From Armatimonadota bacterium (GTDB lineage Bacteria > Armatimonadota > UBA5829 > DSUL01): 64,000 nt of DNA. The position numbers and the translations under genes were made by a program. The stretch spans positions 2,159-66,158 of the forward strand of contig JBPOJE010000073.1 of NCBI GenBank assembly GCA_052033935.1. The letters run 5' to 3'. Under the pieces are notes generated by a model, which saw only the letters and a list, made by a program, of their open reading frames with translations, was not told the origin of the DNA and searched no databases. Numbering within the stretch: the first letter of the stretch is position 1; each line of letters opens with the position of its first letter. This document shows, piece after piece, positions 45,570 through 54,341 of the stretch.

Positions 45570-47099
45570 ATGATCAGAACTGTGAACCTTGCGGTAACCC
45601 TGTTTGTTTGCGTGCTGGCATCCTGCTCTGCACAGGCGGAGCAGGGCCCCATAATCACCTTCAACGAGGCGGATTTCCGCGACAAAGTGTACGCCTGCTG
45701 GTTGGGCAAGAGCATAAGCGGCACCCTCGGCATGCCGTTTGAAGGCCGCCGGGAGACACACTCGCTGACGTTCTACGACTCCGTGCCCGACAAGCCGTCC
45801 GCGAACGATGACCTGGACCTTCAGCTTCTCTGGCTCAAGGCGATCGAGGAGCGGGGCACGCAGATTAACGCGCGCATTCTCGGCGATTACTGGCTGAAGT
45901 ACGTTCCCGTCAACTGGAACGAATACGGCATCGGCAAGGCCAACATGCGCGACGGATTCCTGCCGTCGCTGTCGGGGCACTTCCGGAATGAGAAGTGGCG
46001 GAACAGCAACGGCGCGTGGATCCGCTCGGAGATCTGGACATGTCTGGCGCCGGGGTGTCCCTCGCTCGCCGCGCGCTATGCGTGGCAGGACGCCTGCGTT
46101 GACCACGGAACTGCAGAGGGAACCTACGCCGAGATGTTCACCGCGGCTGTGGAGAGCGCGGCTTTCGTTGAGAAGGACCGCGACCGGCTGATTGAAATCG
46201 GGCTCAGCTACATCCCGCCGCAGTGCGGCGTGGCAGCGGCCATTCGAACTGCCATGACCGCGAAAGATCAGGGGCTCGATCTGGCCGCCGCTCGCGAAGC
46301 CGTTGTGAAGGTCTCGGAGCCGACGGGATGGTTCCAGGCGCCGCGCAATGTCGGGTTCGTGATCCTCGGCTGGCTCTACGGCGGCGACGACTTCGGTAAG
46401 GCGATTTGCGGCACGGTCAACTGCGGCGACGACACGGACTGCACCGGAGCGACCCTGGGCTCGATTCTGGGCATCATCCACGGGGGGAAGGTGATTCCCG
46501 AGAAGTGGCGGCGTCCGGTGGGCGAGACGATTCTTAACGTCGCCGTCAGCGGATTTCAGGGTCTGGCGACACTCTCCGAACTGACGGATCGCACCATCAT
46601 TGCCGCGAAGAAGGTGCTGGAAGACAACGGCATGCCGGTAGCAATCGTCCCGGATGCCCCCACCAATCTTTCGCGCAAGAGCGAACTCAAGCTGACGGAC
46701 GCAAAGGTCGCGCAGGGGCTCTGGTCGCGCTCCCCCTACAGGCTGGTGTACGAAATGGGCCCGGCCCGGGCGACCTTCGACTACGTCAGAGACCCGGACC
46801 TGCGGCCGGGTGAACCGCGGCACGTCACACTGTTGCTGGAGAATCTCACGCCTGCCGCCCTGGAAGCCGAAGTGCGCTGGAAGACGGACGCGGGTCTGAG
46901 CGCAGACGCGGAAGCGGGCAGCTTTACGTTGACACCGAGGGGACAGCACAGGATCACCTGCACGGTCACGCAGAGCGAAGTTCCGGATTCGGAGCGCGTG
47001 ATACGCGGCTCGGTGAGCGTGTCCGTTTCGCCGCGCGGCAAGTCAGTCGAAATACCGTTCGCGTTCCTGTGCCACGCCCGCAACACCGCGAATCCCTGA
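45570..47099 (+). CDS. secreted (lipoprotein) ADP-ribosylglycohydrolase family protein with extra C-terminal beta-domain
   Basis: MIRTVNLAVTLFVCVLASCSA is a lipobox-like signal. ...GTVNCGDDTDCTGATLGSILGI is the ADP-ribosylglycohydrolase metal-binding motif. Confidence 0.65.
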   Translation: MIRTVNLAVTLFVCVLASCSAQAEQGPIITFNEADFRDKVYACWLGKSISGTLGMPFEGRRETHSLTFYDSVPDKPSANDDLDLQLLWLKAIEERGTQINARILGDYWLKYVPVNWNEYGIGKANMRDGFLPSLSGHFRNEKWRNSNGAWIRSEIWTCLAPGCPSLAARYAWQDACVDHGTAEGTYAEMFTAAVESAAFVEKDRDRLIEIGLSYIPPQCGVAAAIRTAMTAKDQGLDLAAAREAVVKVSEPTGWFQAPRNVGFVILGWLYGGDDFGKAICGTVNCGDDTDCTGATLGSILGIIHGGKVIPEKWRRPVGETILNVAVSGFQGLATLSELTDRTIIAAKKVLEDNGMPVAIVPDAPTNLSRKSELKLTDAKVAQGLWSRSPYRLVYEMGPARATFDYVRDPDLRPGEPRHVTLLLENLTPAALEAEVRWKTDAGLSADAEAGSFTLTPRGQHRITCTVTQSEVPDSERVIRGSVSVSVSPRGKSVEIPFAFLCHARNTANP

Positions 47100-47193
47100 T
47101 GTCCGGTCGCCTCGACGCGGGGCGGCCGGGTGTGGTACAGTCTGGGAACGAACGGAGGGGAGCGGGACGCGCTTTACTGGCGAGAGTTACCCT

Positions 47194-48066
47194 ATGAGTC
47201 CAAAGCTTACGAGAAGGCAGTTCATCGCGGGCGCGGTTGCGGCGGGGGCGGCAATGCGCTCGGGCGAGATCCTCGGCGCCGGTGAGCGAAAGCTCAAATC
47301 GCTGACGGACCGCGTCGAGATCGGCAAGACCGGCATCAAGGCCTCGTATCTCGGCATCGGAACGGGCACAGTCGGCAATGGAGGAGCGTCGAACCAGACG
47401 CGCCTGGGGCCGGTCAAGTTCGCGCGGTTGATCAATCACGCGTACGATCAGGGCATCAACTACTTCGACTGCGCCGACACGTACGGCTCGCACAACTACG
47501 TGCGCCGCTCTCTGGCGCGCATCCCGCGCGAGAAGTACGTGTTGGAGACCAAGATGTGGTTTCGCACCGACAAGGATGCGAAGGCGCAGCTCGAGCGCTT
47601 CCTGAAGGAGCTGAACACCGACTACCTCGACATCGTCTTTTTGCACTGCGTGAGCGACTCAACCTGGGCGGCGGACCTCCGGCCGATGATGGACGTGCTG
47701 GAAGAAGCCAAACAGAAGAAGATCATCCGCGCGCGTGGCATCTCGATCCACAGCCTGGACGTGCTGAAGGGCGTTGCAGAAAACAGGTGGGCGGACACCG
47801 TCCTCGCCCGGATCAACCCGGCGGGCGTGGCGATGGACGGAAAGCCCGAAGAGGTTGTGCCCGTGCTCAATAAGATCCACGCCGCCGGCAAGGGCATCGC
47901 AGGGATGAAGATCCTCGGTGAGGGGCGGATAGCGGATCGGCGCGAGGAATCGCTGAAGTACGTGACCGGGCTGGACTGCGTGGACGCCATCGTCATCGGC
48001 TTCGAGTCAATCGCGCAGATTGACGAGATTCTGGCGATGGGCAGCAAGGCGCTGGCGGCAAAGTAG
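47194..48066 (+). CDS. aldo/keto reductase with Tat signal peptide
   Basis: MSPKLTRRQFIAGAVAAGAAM is the Tat motif. ...GINYFDCADTYGSHN...LDIVFLHC is the AKR signature. Confidence 0.8.
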   Translation: MSPKLTRRQFIAGAVAAGAAMRSGEILGAGERKLKSLTDRVEIGKTGIKASYLGIGTGTVGNGGASNQTRLGPVKFARLINHAYDQGINYFDCADTYGSHNYVRRSLARIPREKYVLETKMWFRTDKDAKAQLERFLKELNTDYLDIVFLHCVSDSTWAADLRPMMDVLEEAKQKKIIRARGISIHSLDVLKGVAENRWADTVLARINPAGVAMDGKPEEVVPVLNKIHAAGKGIAGMKILGEGRIADRREESLKYVTGLDCVDAIVIGFESIAQIDEILAMGSKALAAK

Positions 48067-48123
48067 CCGGTGAACGCCCCCGAACAATCACTGGCAGAGT
48101 CTTCTGAGGAGAGAACGGACGAG

Positions 48124-49869
48124 ATGAATAGTTTCCCATTGCTGAATGTCTGCGTCGCGGCATGCGCCGCGGCGGCGCTGTCCGCCGCATCGGCGGCGGA
48201 GCCCGTCTGGAACATCCGGCAGATTCCGATCGAACGGGTGTCGGTGGTAGCGCATCGCGGAGCCGGCTTTCTGGCACCCGAGAACACCATGAGCGCGCTC
48301 GAGCTTTCGTGGAGCATGGGCTGTATCCCCGAGGTGGACGTGCGCACTACGAAAGACGGCCACGTGATGATGTTCCACGACGGCAACTTCGCGCGGATAC
48401 TTCCGAACGCTTCCGAGGAGATGAAAAAGAAGCGCCTAGAAGACCTGACGTATGACGAGGCGAAAAAGCTGGACATCGGGGCGTTCCGCGGCCCCGAGCA
48501 TGCCGGGCAGCGTATCGTGAGCCTGGCGGATATCTGCGCCGCGCTAAAGAAGGACCCGAAGCGGCGGGTGTATCTGGACGTCAAGAACGTGGACTTCTCG
48601 CAGATGGCGCGTGAGACGGAAGGCGTGCACGAGCAGGTGATCCTGGCGACCGGCTCGGAGGAGGACTGCACGCGCTGGAAGAAAGTGGCCCCGCGCAGCG
48701 ACACCTTCCTGTGGGTGGGCACCTGGGACGACAAGGACGACACGAACGTCGAGAAGCGGTTCGAGAAGCTGCGCGCGGCGGGCTTCGCGAACATCAACCG
48801 GTTGCAGGTGCACTGCCATTTCACGGGTGGAGGTGGCGGCACGATGATCCCGAGCGATGCGTTCATCCGCCGCGCCGCCGATGAGGTTCGCGGTCACGGC
48901 ATCGAGTTCCAGACGATGCCCTGGAACATCCCGGAGAGCCCCGAGGCGTACGTGAGGCTGATGGACCTCGGCAGCGCCGGGTTTGGCACCGACCGGCCGG
49001 ATGTGGCCGTGAAGGCGATCCGCGACTACTACCGCAACGGGCCGAAGAACTGGAACGTGCGCGACCACATCCCGCTCAAGAGCGTCACCGTGCAGGCGCA
49101 TCGGGGCGCGGGCGATCTGGCGCCGGAGGGCTCGCAGGAGGCGTTCGAGCTGGGGTGGAGCCTCGGCTGCATTCCCGAGGCCGACCTGCGGGTGACGAAG
49201 GACGGCGTCATCGTCTCGTTCCACGACAACAACTTCGCGCGCATCGTGCCGGACGCTTCCGAGTATCTCAAGAAGAAGGGTGTCGCCGACCTCACTTTCG
49301 AGGAAGCGCGAAAGCTGGACGTCGGCAGCTTCCGGAACAAGAAGTTCGCCGGGCAGAAAATGCTGAGCCTTGCCGAGATGGTCGCGACGCTCAAGGCGCA
49401 CCCGAAGCGTTCGCTCTACATTGACATCAAGAAGGTGGACTTCGCTCAGCTCGCCAGGGAGACGGTGGAAGTGCATCCTCAGTTGATTCTCGCGAGCACG
49501 CGTTACGAGGAGATCAAACAGTGGCGGAAGCTCGCGCCGAGGTCGAGGACTCTGCACTGGATGGGCGGCCCGCAGGAGGAACTGGCGAAACGGCTGGTGG
49601 CCCTTCGGGCAGAGAACTTCGCCTTCATTGACCAGCTTCAGATTCACGTCAACACGAGCAAGGACGGCGTCTTTTCTCCGGACGAGGAGTTCCTGCGGAG
49701 CGCGGGAAACGAACTTCGCGCCCATGGTATTCTGTTCCAGATCCTGCCGTGGGGCCGGAAGGACGCGAAAACGTATCACCGGCTGATGGACCTGGGGTGC
49801 GCCAGCTTCGCGACCGATTACCCGGACACGGTGATGGAAGCGATCCGCGACTACTACAAGCGAGGCTGA
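48124..49869 (+). CDS. secreted protein with two tandem glycerophosphodiester-phosphodiesterase (GDPD)-like domains
   Basis: Signal MNSFPLLNVCVAACAAAALSAASA. Domain 1 is VVAHRGAGFLAPENT...EVDVRTTKDGHVMMFHD. Domain 2 is VQAHRGAGDLAPEGS...EADLRVTKDGVIVSFHD. Both carry the HRG...PEN...E.D...HD GDPD motifs, about 290 aa each. Confidence 0.75.
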   Translation: MNSFPLLNVCVAACAAAALSAASAAEPVWNIRQIPIERVSVVAHRGAGFLAPENTMSALELSWSMGCIPEVDVRTTKDGHVMMFHDGNFARILPNASEEMKKKRLEDLTYDEAKKLDIGAFRGPEHAGQRIVSLADICAALKKDPKRRVYLDVKNVDFSQMARETEGVHEQVILATGSEEDCTRWKKVAPRSDTFLWVGTWDDKDDTNVEKRFEKLRAAGFANINRLQVHCHFTGGGGGTMIPSDAFIRRAADEVRGHGIEFQTMPWNIPESPEAYVRLMDLGSAGFGTDRPDVAVKAIRDYYRNGPKNWNVRDHIPLKSVTVQAHRGAGDLAPEGSQEAFELGWSLGCIPEADLRVTKDGVIVSFHDNNFARIVPDASEYLKKKGVADLTFEEARKLDVGSFRNKKFAGQKMLSLAEMVATLKAHPKRSLYIDIKKVDFAQLARETVEVHPQLILASTRYEEIKQWRKLAPRSRTLHWMGGPQEELAKRLVALRAENFAFIDQLQIHVNTSKDGVFSPDEEFLRSAGNELRAHGILFQILPWGRKDAKTYHRLMDLGCASFATDYPDTVMEAIRDYYKRG

Positions 49870-50090
49870 GCGGGCAGGCCGCCCGTCTCAGGCTTCACCG
49901 TCACTGCCCGCGATTTCAGGCGCCACAAGCTCGTCGTCCGGCCCGCGCCAGGCGCGCACGCCATGCGGCGAACCAGGGCGAACAGGTTCACCACGCTGAA
50001 CACCACGAACCAGGTGGTATTTCAGGCGGCAAGCGCGAGCTCGATCAGCACACGGCGGAACCGTCCAGCCGGGGTGTTCGAAGATTGTCG

Positions 50091-50489
50091 TCAGGATTCC
50101 CCGGCCGGATGCTTCCGGCAATCAGCGCACAGCCCACCCATCTCAACGCGCGCCGTCTCAATCGAGAACCCGCTGCCCGCCTCCACCTCTCGCTCTACCC
50201 GCGCCCACGCCTCCGGACGCATCTCGGCTACCTTGCCGCAACCTGTGCAGACGATGTGCAGATGCATCTTGTCGGGCAGGGGCTCGTAGAAGTGCCCGTC
50301 GTGCTTGTAGTGGAGCAGGTCGAGCTCGTCAAGCAGGCCGAGGTCCTGCAGTCTGCGGATGGTGCGGTACACGGTTGTCTTGTCAATGCCGGGCACGCGG
50401 CGCCTTGCCTCGGCAAGCAGCCTGCGTGCGTCCAGGTGTTCGGCCGACGAGTCGAGGATGTCAACGATGGCGGCGCGCTGACGAGTCAT
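50091..50489 (-). CDS. fur: Fur family transcriptional regulator
   Basis: MTRQRAAIVDILDSSAEHLDARRL...HLHIVCTGCGKVAEM...CADCRKH combines a winged helix with an HxH...CxxC metal site. The track start 50618 is probably too long. Confidence 0.8.
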   Translation of the reverse strand: MTRQRAAIVDILDSSAEHLDARRLLAEARRRVPGIDKTTVYRTIRRLQDLGLLDELDLLHYKHDGHFYEPLPDKMHLHIVCTGCGKVAEMRPEAWARVEREVEAGSGFSIETARVEMGGLCADCRKHPAGES

Positions 50490-50636
50490 GCGCACCCCTC
50501 TGGCGCGGCAGGCTTCGCGAAGCGAACCGCCCCCGCCCGCGCGGCGATCTTCGTGTCCATGCTCTGATACGTGATGTGTCACGGAACACATAGTGATTTC
50601 CCGCTGCCCCCCTGTCAAGCACGGCGGCGCAGAGGG

Positions 50637-50662
50637 TTTGCGGTCGCCGGGCGCGAAGGTAT
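50637..50662 (+). promoter_or_regulatory. putative sigma70-type promoter for the 50717 gene (divergent from fur)
   Basis: TTGCGG - 16 nt - TATAAT at 50637-50662, about 55 nt upstream of GTG 50717. Confidence 0.3.
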
Positions 50663-50716
50663 AATGGAGTCGAGGCGGGCGCGACAGCCCGCCGGAGCAT
50701 CAACTATGAAAAGGCG

Positions 50717-52111
50717 GTGTCCCTGATTACTATGGATTTGATTAAGCCTCAGGTTGTCCCCCCACTCGATCCGAGCTTCCGCCCGGCCGTTCTGGCAAAC
50801 CGGGCATTTCTTGCCCAGGTGGACAGTTCGGGCGCGGCGGTGCCTCTCAAGATCGTCGTGGAGCGCGGAGAAGGGGCGACCTCCATTTTCGAGACCCGGG
50901 TGTTTGCCAGTGGTCACCCGAAGTTTTCCGCAAACCTGCGCTACGTTGAGCGCCTGGTCAAGTTCCTGCTCTGGCAGAGGGGCGGCTGGAAGGTGACAAT
51001 AGCGGGTCCGGCCGAGATCGCCGAGCACATCAAGAGCGTGTATTCGCCGAACGGCGAGCGCAAGTTCGACTACGATTTCATGGGCGGTGTTTACGAGAAG
51101 ACGTTCACTGTTGAGCATTGCGCCTACGAGGATTGCCCTGCCGCGCGTGAGACGGCCGCTCCCATCGGACGTCACCTGAAAGGCTGCCGCATCGGATTCG
51201 ACGCGGGCGCCAGCGACTGGAAGGTGTCGGCGGTGATTGACGGCGAGCCGGTCTTCACCACGGAGACCCCTTGGGATCCGCGCAACAACACCGACCCGCA
51301 GTACCACTACGACCAGATCAACAGCGCGATCGAACTCGCGGCATCGAAAATGCCGCGTGTGGACGCCATCGGCGTGAGCTCCGCCGGAGTCTATATTGAC
51401 AACAAGGTGCGCGTAGCTTCGCTGTTCCGGGGCATCCCGAAGGACCTGTTCGAGGAGAGGATCCGGCCGCTCTACATGAACATCGGCAACAAGTGGGGCG
51501 TTCCGCTGGAAGTGGCGAACGACGGCGATGTCACCGCGCTGGCGGGCTCGATGTCGCTCGGGACGAACCGGATTCTCGGAATCGCGATGGGGTCGAGCGA
51601 GGCTGTCGGGTACGTGGACGGGCACGGCAACATCACGGGTTGGCTGAACGAGCTTGCCTTCGCCCCGGTGGACTACCGGCTGGACGCTCCGGCGGACGAA
51701 TGGTCGGGCGACATCGGGTGCGGTGTGCAGTACTTCTGCCAGCAGGCGGTCATCCGTCTGGCGCCCGCGGCGGGAATCACCCTCAAAGAGGGGAATATGC
51801 CCGGCGACAAGCTGCTGGAAGTGCAGGAGCTGATGAAGAACGGCGACGAGCGCGCGCGCAAGATCTACGAGACGCTCGGCGTGTTCACGGCGTACGGCGT
51901 GGCGCACTATGCGGACTTTTACGATGTGGAGAGCGTTCTGATCCTCGGGCGCGTCACATCCGGAGAGGGCGGCACGATTATCCTTGACACGGCGAACGCC
52001 ATTCTGGCGGAGCATTTCCCGGATCTGAAGGGCGTCAAGGTCAACATGCCCGATGAGGCGAGCAAGCGGGTGGGACAGGCGGTCGCCGCCGCCAGCCTGC
52101 CGCAGGCGTAG
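50717..52111 (+). CDS. ASKHA-superfamily sugar kinase-like protein (ROK / BadF-BcrAD-like) with N-terminal extension
   Basis: GCRIGFDAGASDWKVSAV and LEVANDGDVTALAG resemble ROK/N-acetylglucosamine kinase phosphate-1 and connect motifs. 464 aa. Confidence 0.45.
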   Translation: MSLITMDLIKPQVVPPLDPSFRPAVLANRAFLAQVDSSGAAVPLKIVVERGEGATSIFETRVFASGHPKFSANLRYVERLVKFLLWQRGGWKVTIAGPAEIAEHIKSVYSPNGERKFDYDFMGGVYEKTFTVEHCAYEDCPAARETAAPIGRHLKGCRIGFDAGASDWKVSAVIDGEPVFTTETPWDPRNNTDPQYHYDQINSAIELAASKMPRVDAIGVSSAGVYIDNKVRVASLFRGIPKDLFEERIRPLYMNIGNKWGVPLEVANDGDVTALAGSMSLGTNRILGIAMGSSEAVGYVDGHGNITGWLNELAFAPVDYRLDAPADEWSGDIGCGVQYFCQQAVIRLAPAAGITLKEGNMPGDKLLEVQELMKNGDERARKIYETLGVFTAYGVAHYADFYDVESVLILGRVTSGEGGTIILDTANAILAEHFPDLKGVKVNMPDEASKRVGQAVAAASLPQA

Positions 52112-52221
52112 AACAGTGCTGTCATTGCGAGGCGGCTCCGGCAGCCGTGGTAATCTGGGGCGAGGGGGGTTGCTTCGCTCCAGAGACCTCGCGATGACGG
52201 ATTGAATGAGGACTAACAAAC

Positions 52222-53070
52222 ATGAACTTCAAGAAAAGCAGCGCGGAGCTGTTCATCCCGGACGGTGCGCCGGTTGACGAGGCCTTCGCGAAAACAACCG
52301 ACCTCGGGGTGTGTGCGCATCAGGACGACCTCGAGATACTCGCGTACCCGGGCATTCTGAAGTGCTTCGGGCAGGACGGGCTGGGCTTCACCGGCGTCTG
52401 CGTGACGAACGGCGCGGGCAGCCCGCGCGACGGGCTCTACGAGAAGTACACGGACGATGAGATGCAGTCCGTGCGCCGCCTGGAGCAGAAGAAGGCGGCG
52501 TATGTCGGCGAGTACAAAGCGATGGCTCTGCTCGACTGGTCGTCCAGCGAAGTCAAGAATGCCGCCATCCGGGGCCCCGTGGAAGACCTGAAAGCCCTGA
52601 TTCTGGCATGCAGACCGAAGACCGTGTGGACGCACAACCTTGCGGACAAGCACGACACCCACGTCGCTTCGGCGCTGCGGCTGATTCAGGCGCTGCGGGA
52701 GGTTCCGGAGGACGCCCGGCCGGAGGCTGTGTACGGGCTCGAAGTGTGGCGCGATCTGGACTGGCTGAACGATGGCGACAAGAAGACGTTCGACGTGAAG
52801 GAGCACGAGAATCTGGCATCGGCGCTTCTGGGCGTGTTCGACTCGCAGATTGCGGGAGGCAAGCGCTACGACCTCGCGACGCTCGGCCGCCGCCGCGCGC
52901 ACTCGACGTATTTCGCATCGCACGGCACCGACAACACGACCCAGCTCTCGTTCGGTATGGACCTGACGCCGCTGGTGAACAACCCGTCGCTCGACGTGGC
53001 GGGGTACGTGGATGGGTTCATCCAGCGATTCTCTGAGGAGATACGGGAGCGAATCGGCAAGTTCTTCTGA
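52222..53070 (+). CDS. PIG-L family deacetylase (LmbE-like)
   Basis: LGVCAHQDDLEIL matches the AHPDDE zinc-binding motif of the PIG-L/LmbE family. Confidence 0.7.
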   Translation: MNFKKSSAELFIPDGAPVDEAFAKTTDLGVCAHQDDLEILAYPGILKCFGQDGLGFTGVCVTNGAGSPRDGLYEKYTDDEMQSVRRLEQKKAAYVGEYKAMALLDWSSSEVKNAAIRGPVEDLKALILACRPKTVWTHNLADKHDTHVASALRLIQALREVPEDARPEAVYGLEVWRDLDWLNDGDKKTFDVKEHENLASALLGVFDSQIAGGKRYDLATLGRRRAHSTYFASHGTDNTTQLSFGMDLTPLVNNPSLDVAGYVDGFIQRFSEEIRERIGKFF

Positions 53071-53137
53071 AGCTCGGCAATCGGGCGTTGGACTTCCCCC
53101 GAAAAAGTGGACACCCTAAGGATGAGTTATCGAAAGG

Positions 53138-53407
53138 GTGTCTGAGAGGATGATGAAGTTCAGCGAGGAGTTCCGGGACGAGTCGGTGCGGCTGGTTCTG
53201 GAGAGCGAGAGGACGGTGGCGGAGGTAGCGCGGGATACTGGAATCAGCGTGTGGACCTTGCGGGGTCGGATCCAGAAGAGGTGCGAGGCCGTCAGGTCGT
53301 CTTTGTCCCAGAGGCGTGAGACCCTTGAGCAGGAGATTCGGTGCCTTCGCCGGGAAGTGTTAGTTCTGCGTCAGGAGCGTGAGATCCTAAAAAAAGCGGC
53401 GGCGTAA
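53138..53407 (+). CDS. IS3 family transposase OrfA (HTH + leucine zipper)
   Basis: MSERMMKFSEEFRDESVRLVLESERTVAEVARDTGISVWTLRGRIQK...LRREVLVLRQEREILKKAAA ends in the A-run frameshift site. Confidence 0.8.
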   Translation: MSERMMKFSEEFRDESVRLVLESERTVAEVARDTGISVWTLRGRIQKRCEAVRSSLSQRRETLEQEIRCLRREVLVLRQEREILKKAAA

Positions 53408-54287
53408 TTCGCGAAGGAGCAGCTGTGAGGTATGCCTTTGTTGCTGTACACAGGAAGGAGTTCCCCCTGAGTCTTCTGTGCCGGGTTCTTGGGGTATCCA
53501 GGAGCGGCTACTTTGCGTGGCGCGGCCGTCCTGAGAGCCGCCGGGAGCGTGAGAACCGGATTCTTCTTGAGCGGATCAAGGCGACCCATAGGTCGGGAAG
53601 GAAGATGTATGGTAGCCCTCGGATTCACCGGAAGCTCGTGTCGGAGGGGGTGCTGTGCGGCCGTGTCCGGGTGGAGCGCTTGATGCGCGTGAATGGGATC
53701 CGTGCGCAACGGAAGCGGCGGTTCGTGGTGACGACGGACTCGGGGCACGGCCTGCCGGTTTCTGAGAACATTCTTGGCCGTGAGTTCGCGGTGGGCGAGC
53801 CGAACCGTGTATGGGCATCGGACATCACTTATGTTCCGACGGATGAGGGCCGGCTGTATCTGGCGGGCGTTCTGGACCTGGGGATGAAGGGAGTAGTATG
53901 GGCGAGAGTCTGGACAGGACACTGGCGATGGATGCCTTGACGATGGCGTATCATCGTCGTAGGCCGGGCGAGGGACTGCTCCATCATTCGGATCGGGGTA
54001 GTCAGTATGCGAACCGGGACTACTAGGCTCTGCTGAGCGCGTATGGGATGCGCTCAAGTATGAGCCGGAAGGGGGACTGCTGGGACAATGCACCGATGGA
54101 GAGCTTCTTCGCGACACTGAAGAAAGAGCTGATCCACGGGCGAAGGTTCCGAACCCGGGAACAGGCCCGGCGAGAGATCTTCGAATACATCGAGGTGTTC
54201 TACAACCGGGAGCGGCTGCACTCCAGCTTGGGGTATGTCTCGCCCGCGGACTACGAACGGCAGCTTGCCGTCAAAGAGGCGGCTTAG
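53389..54287 (+). pseudogene. IS3 family transposase OrfB (DDE integrase core), disrupted by a frameshift (~53905) and an in-frame TAG (54024-54026)
   Basis: The -1 frame from the A7G site gives ...RVWASDITYVPTDEGRLYLAGVLDLGMKGVV. After a shift it continues ...[68 protein letters not shown]...[19 protein letters not shown] (track ORFs 53425..53940 and 54048..54287). Confidence 0.75.
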
Positions 54288-54341
54288 GGTGTCCACGAAA
54301 ACATGGGAGGTCCAATTGTGGTCCGAGAGGAGACCTTCAGG

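Larger units (their letters stand above)
53108..54295 (+). mobile_element. IS3-family insertion sequence (~1.19 kb), transposase orfB decayed
   Basis: Terminal inverted repeats are TGGACACCCTAAG (53108-53120) and CTTAGGGTGTCCA (54283-54295), giving 5'-TG...CA-3' ends. orfA and orfB are linked by an A7G slippery run (53389-53396), and orfB carries the DDE integrase core. No clean target-site duplication is visible. Confidence 0.8.

Noticed and set aside
53105-54298. Target-site duplication flanking the IS3 element
   Set aside because: Flanks read AAG / CGA (or AAA / GAA with 1-nt shifted boundaries), so there is no identical 3-bp direct repeat. I did not annotate a TSD.
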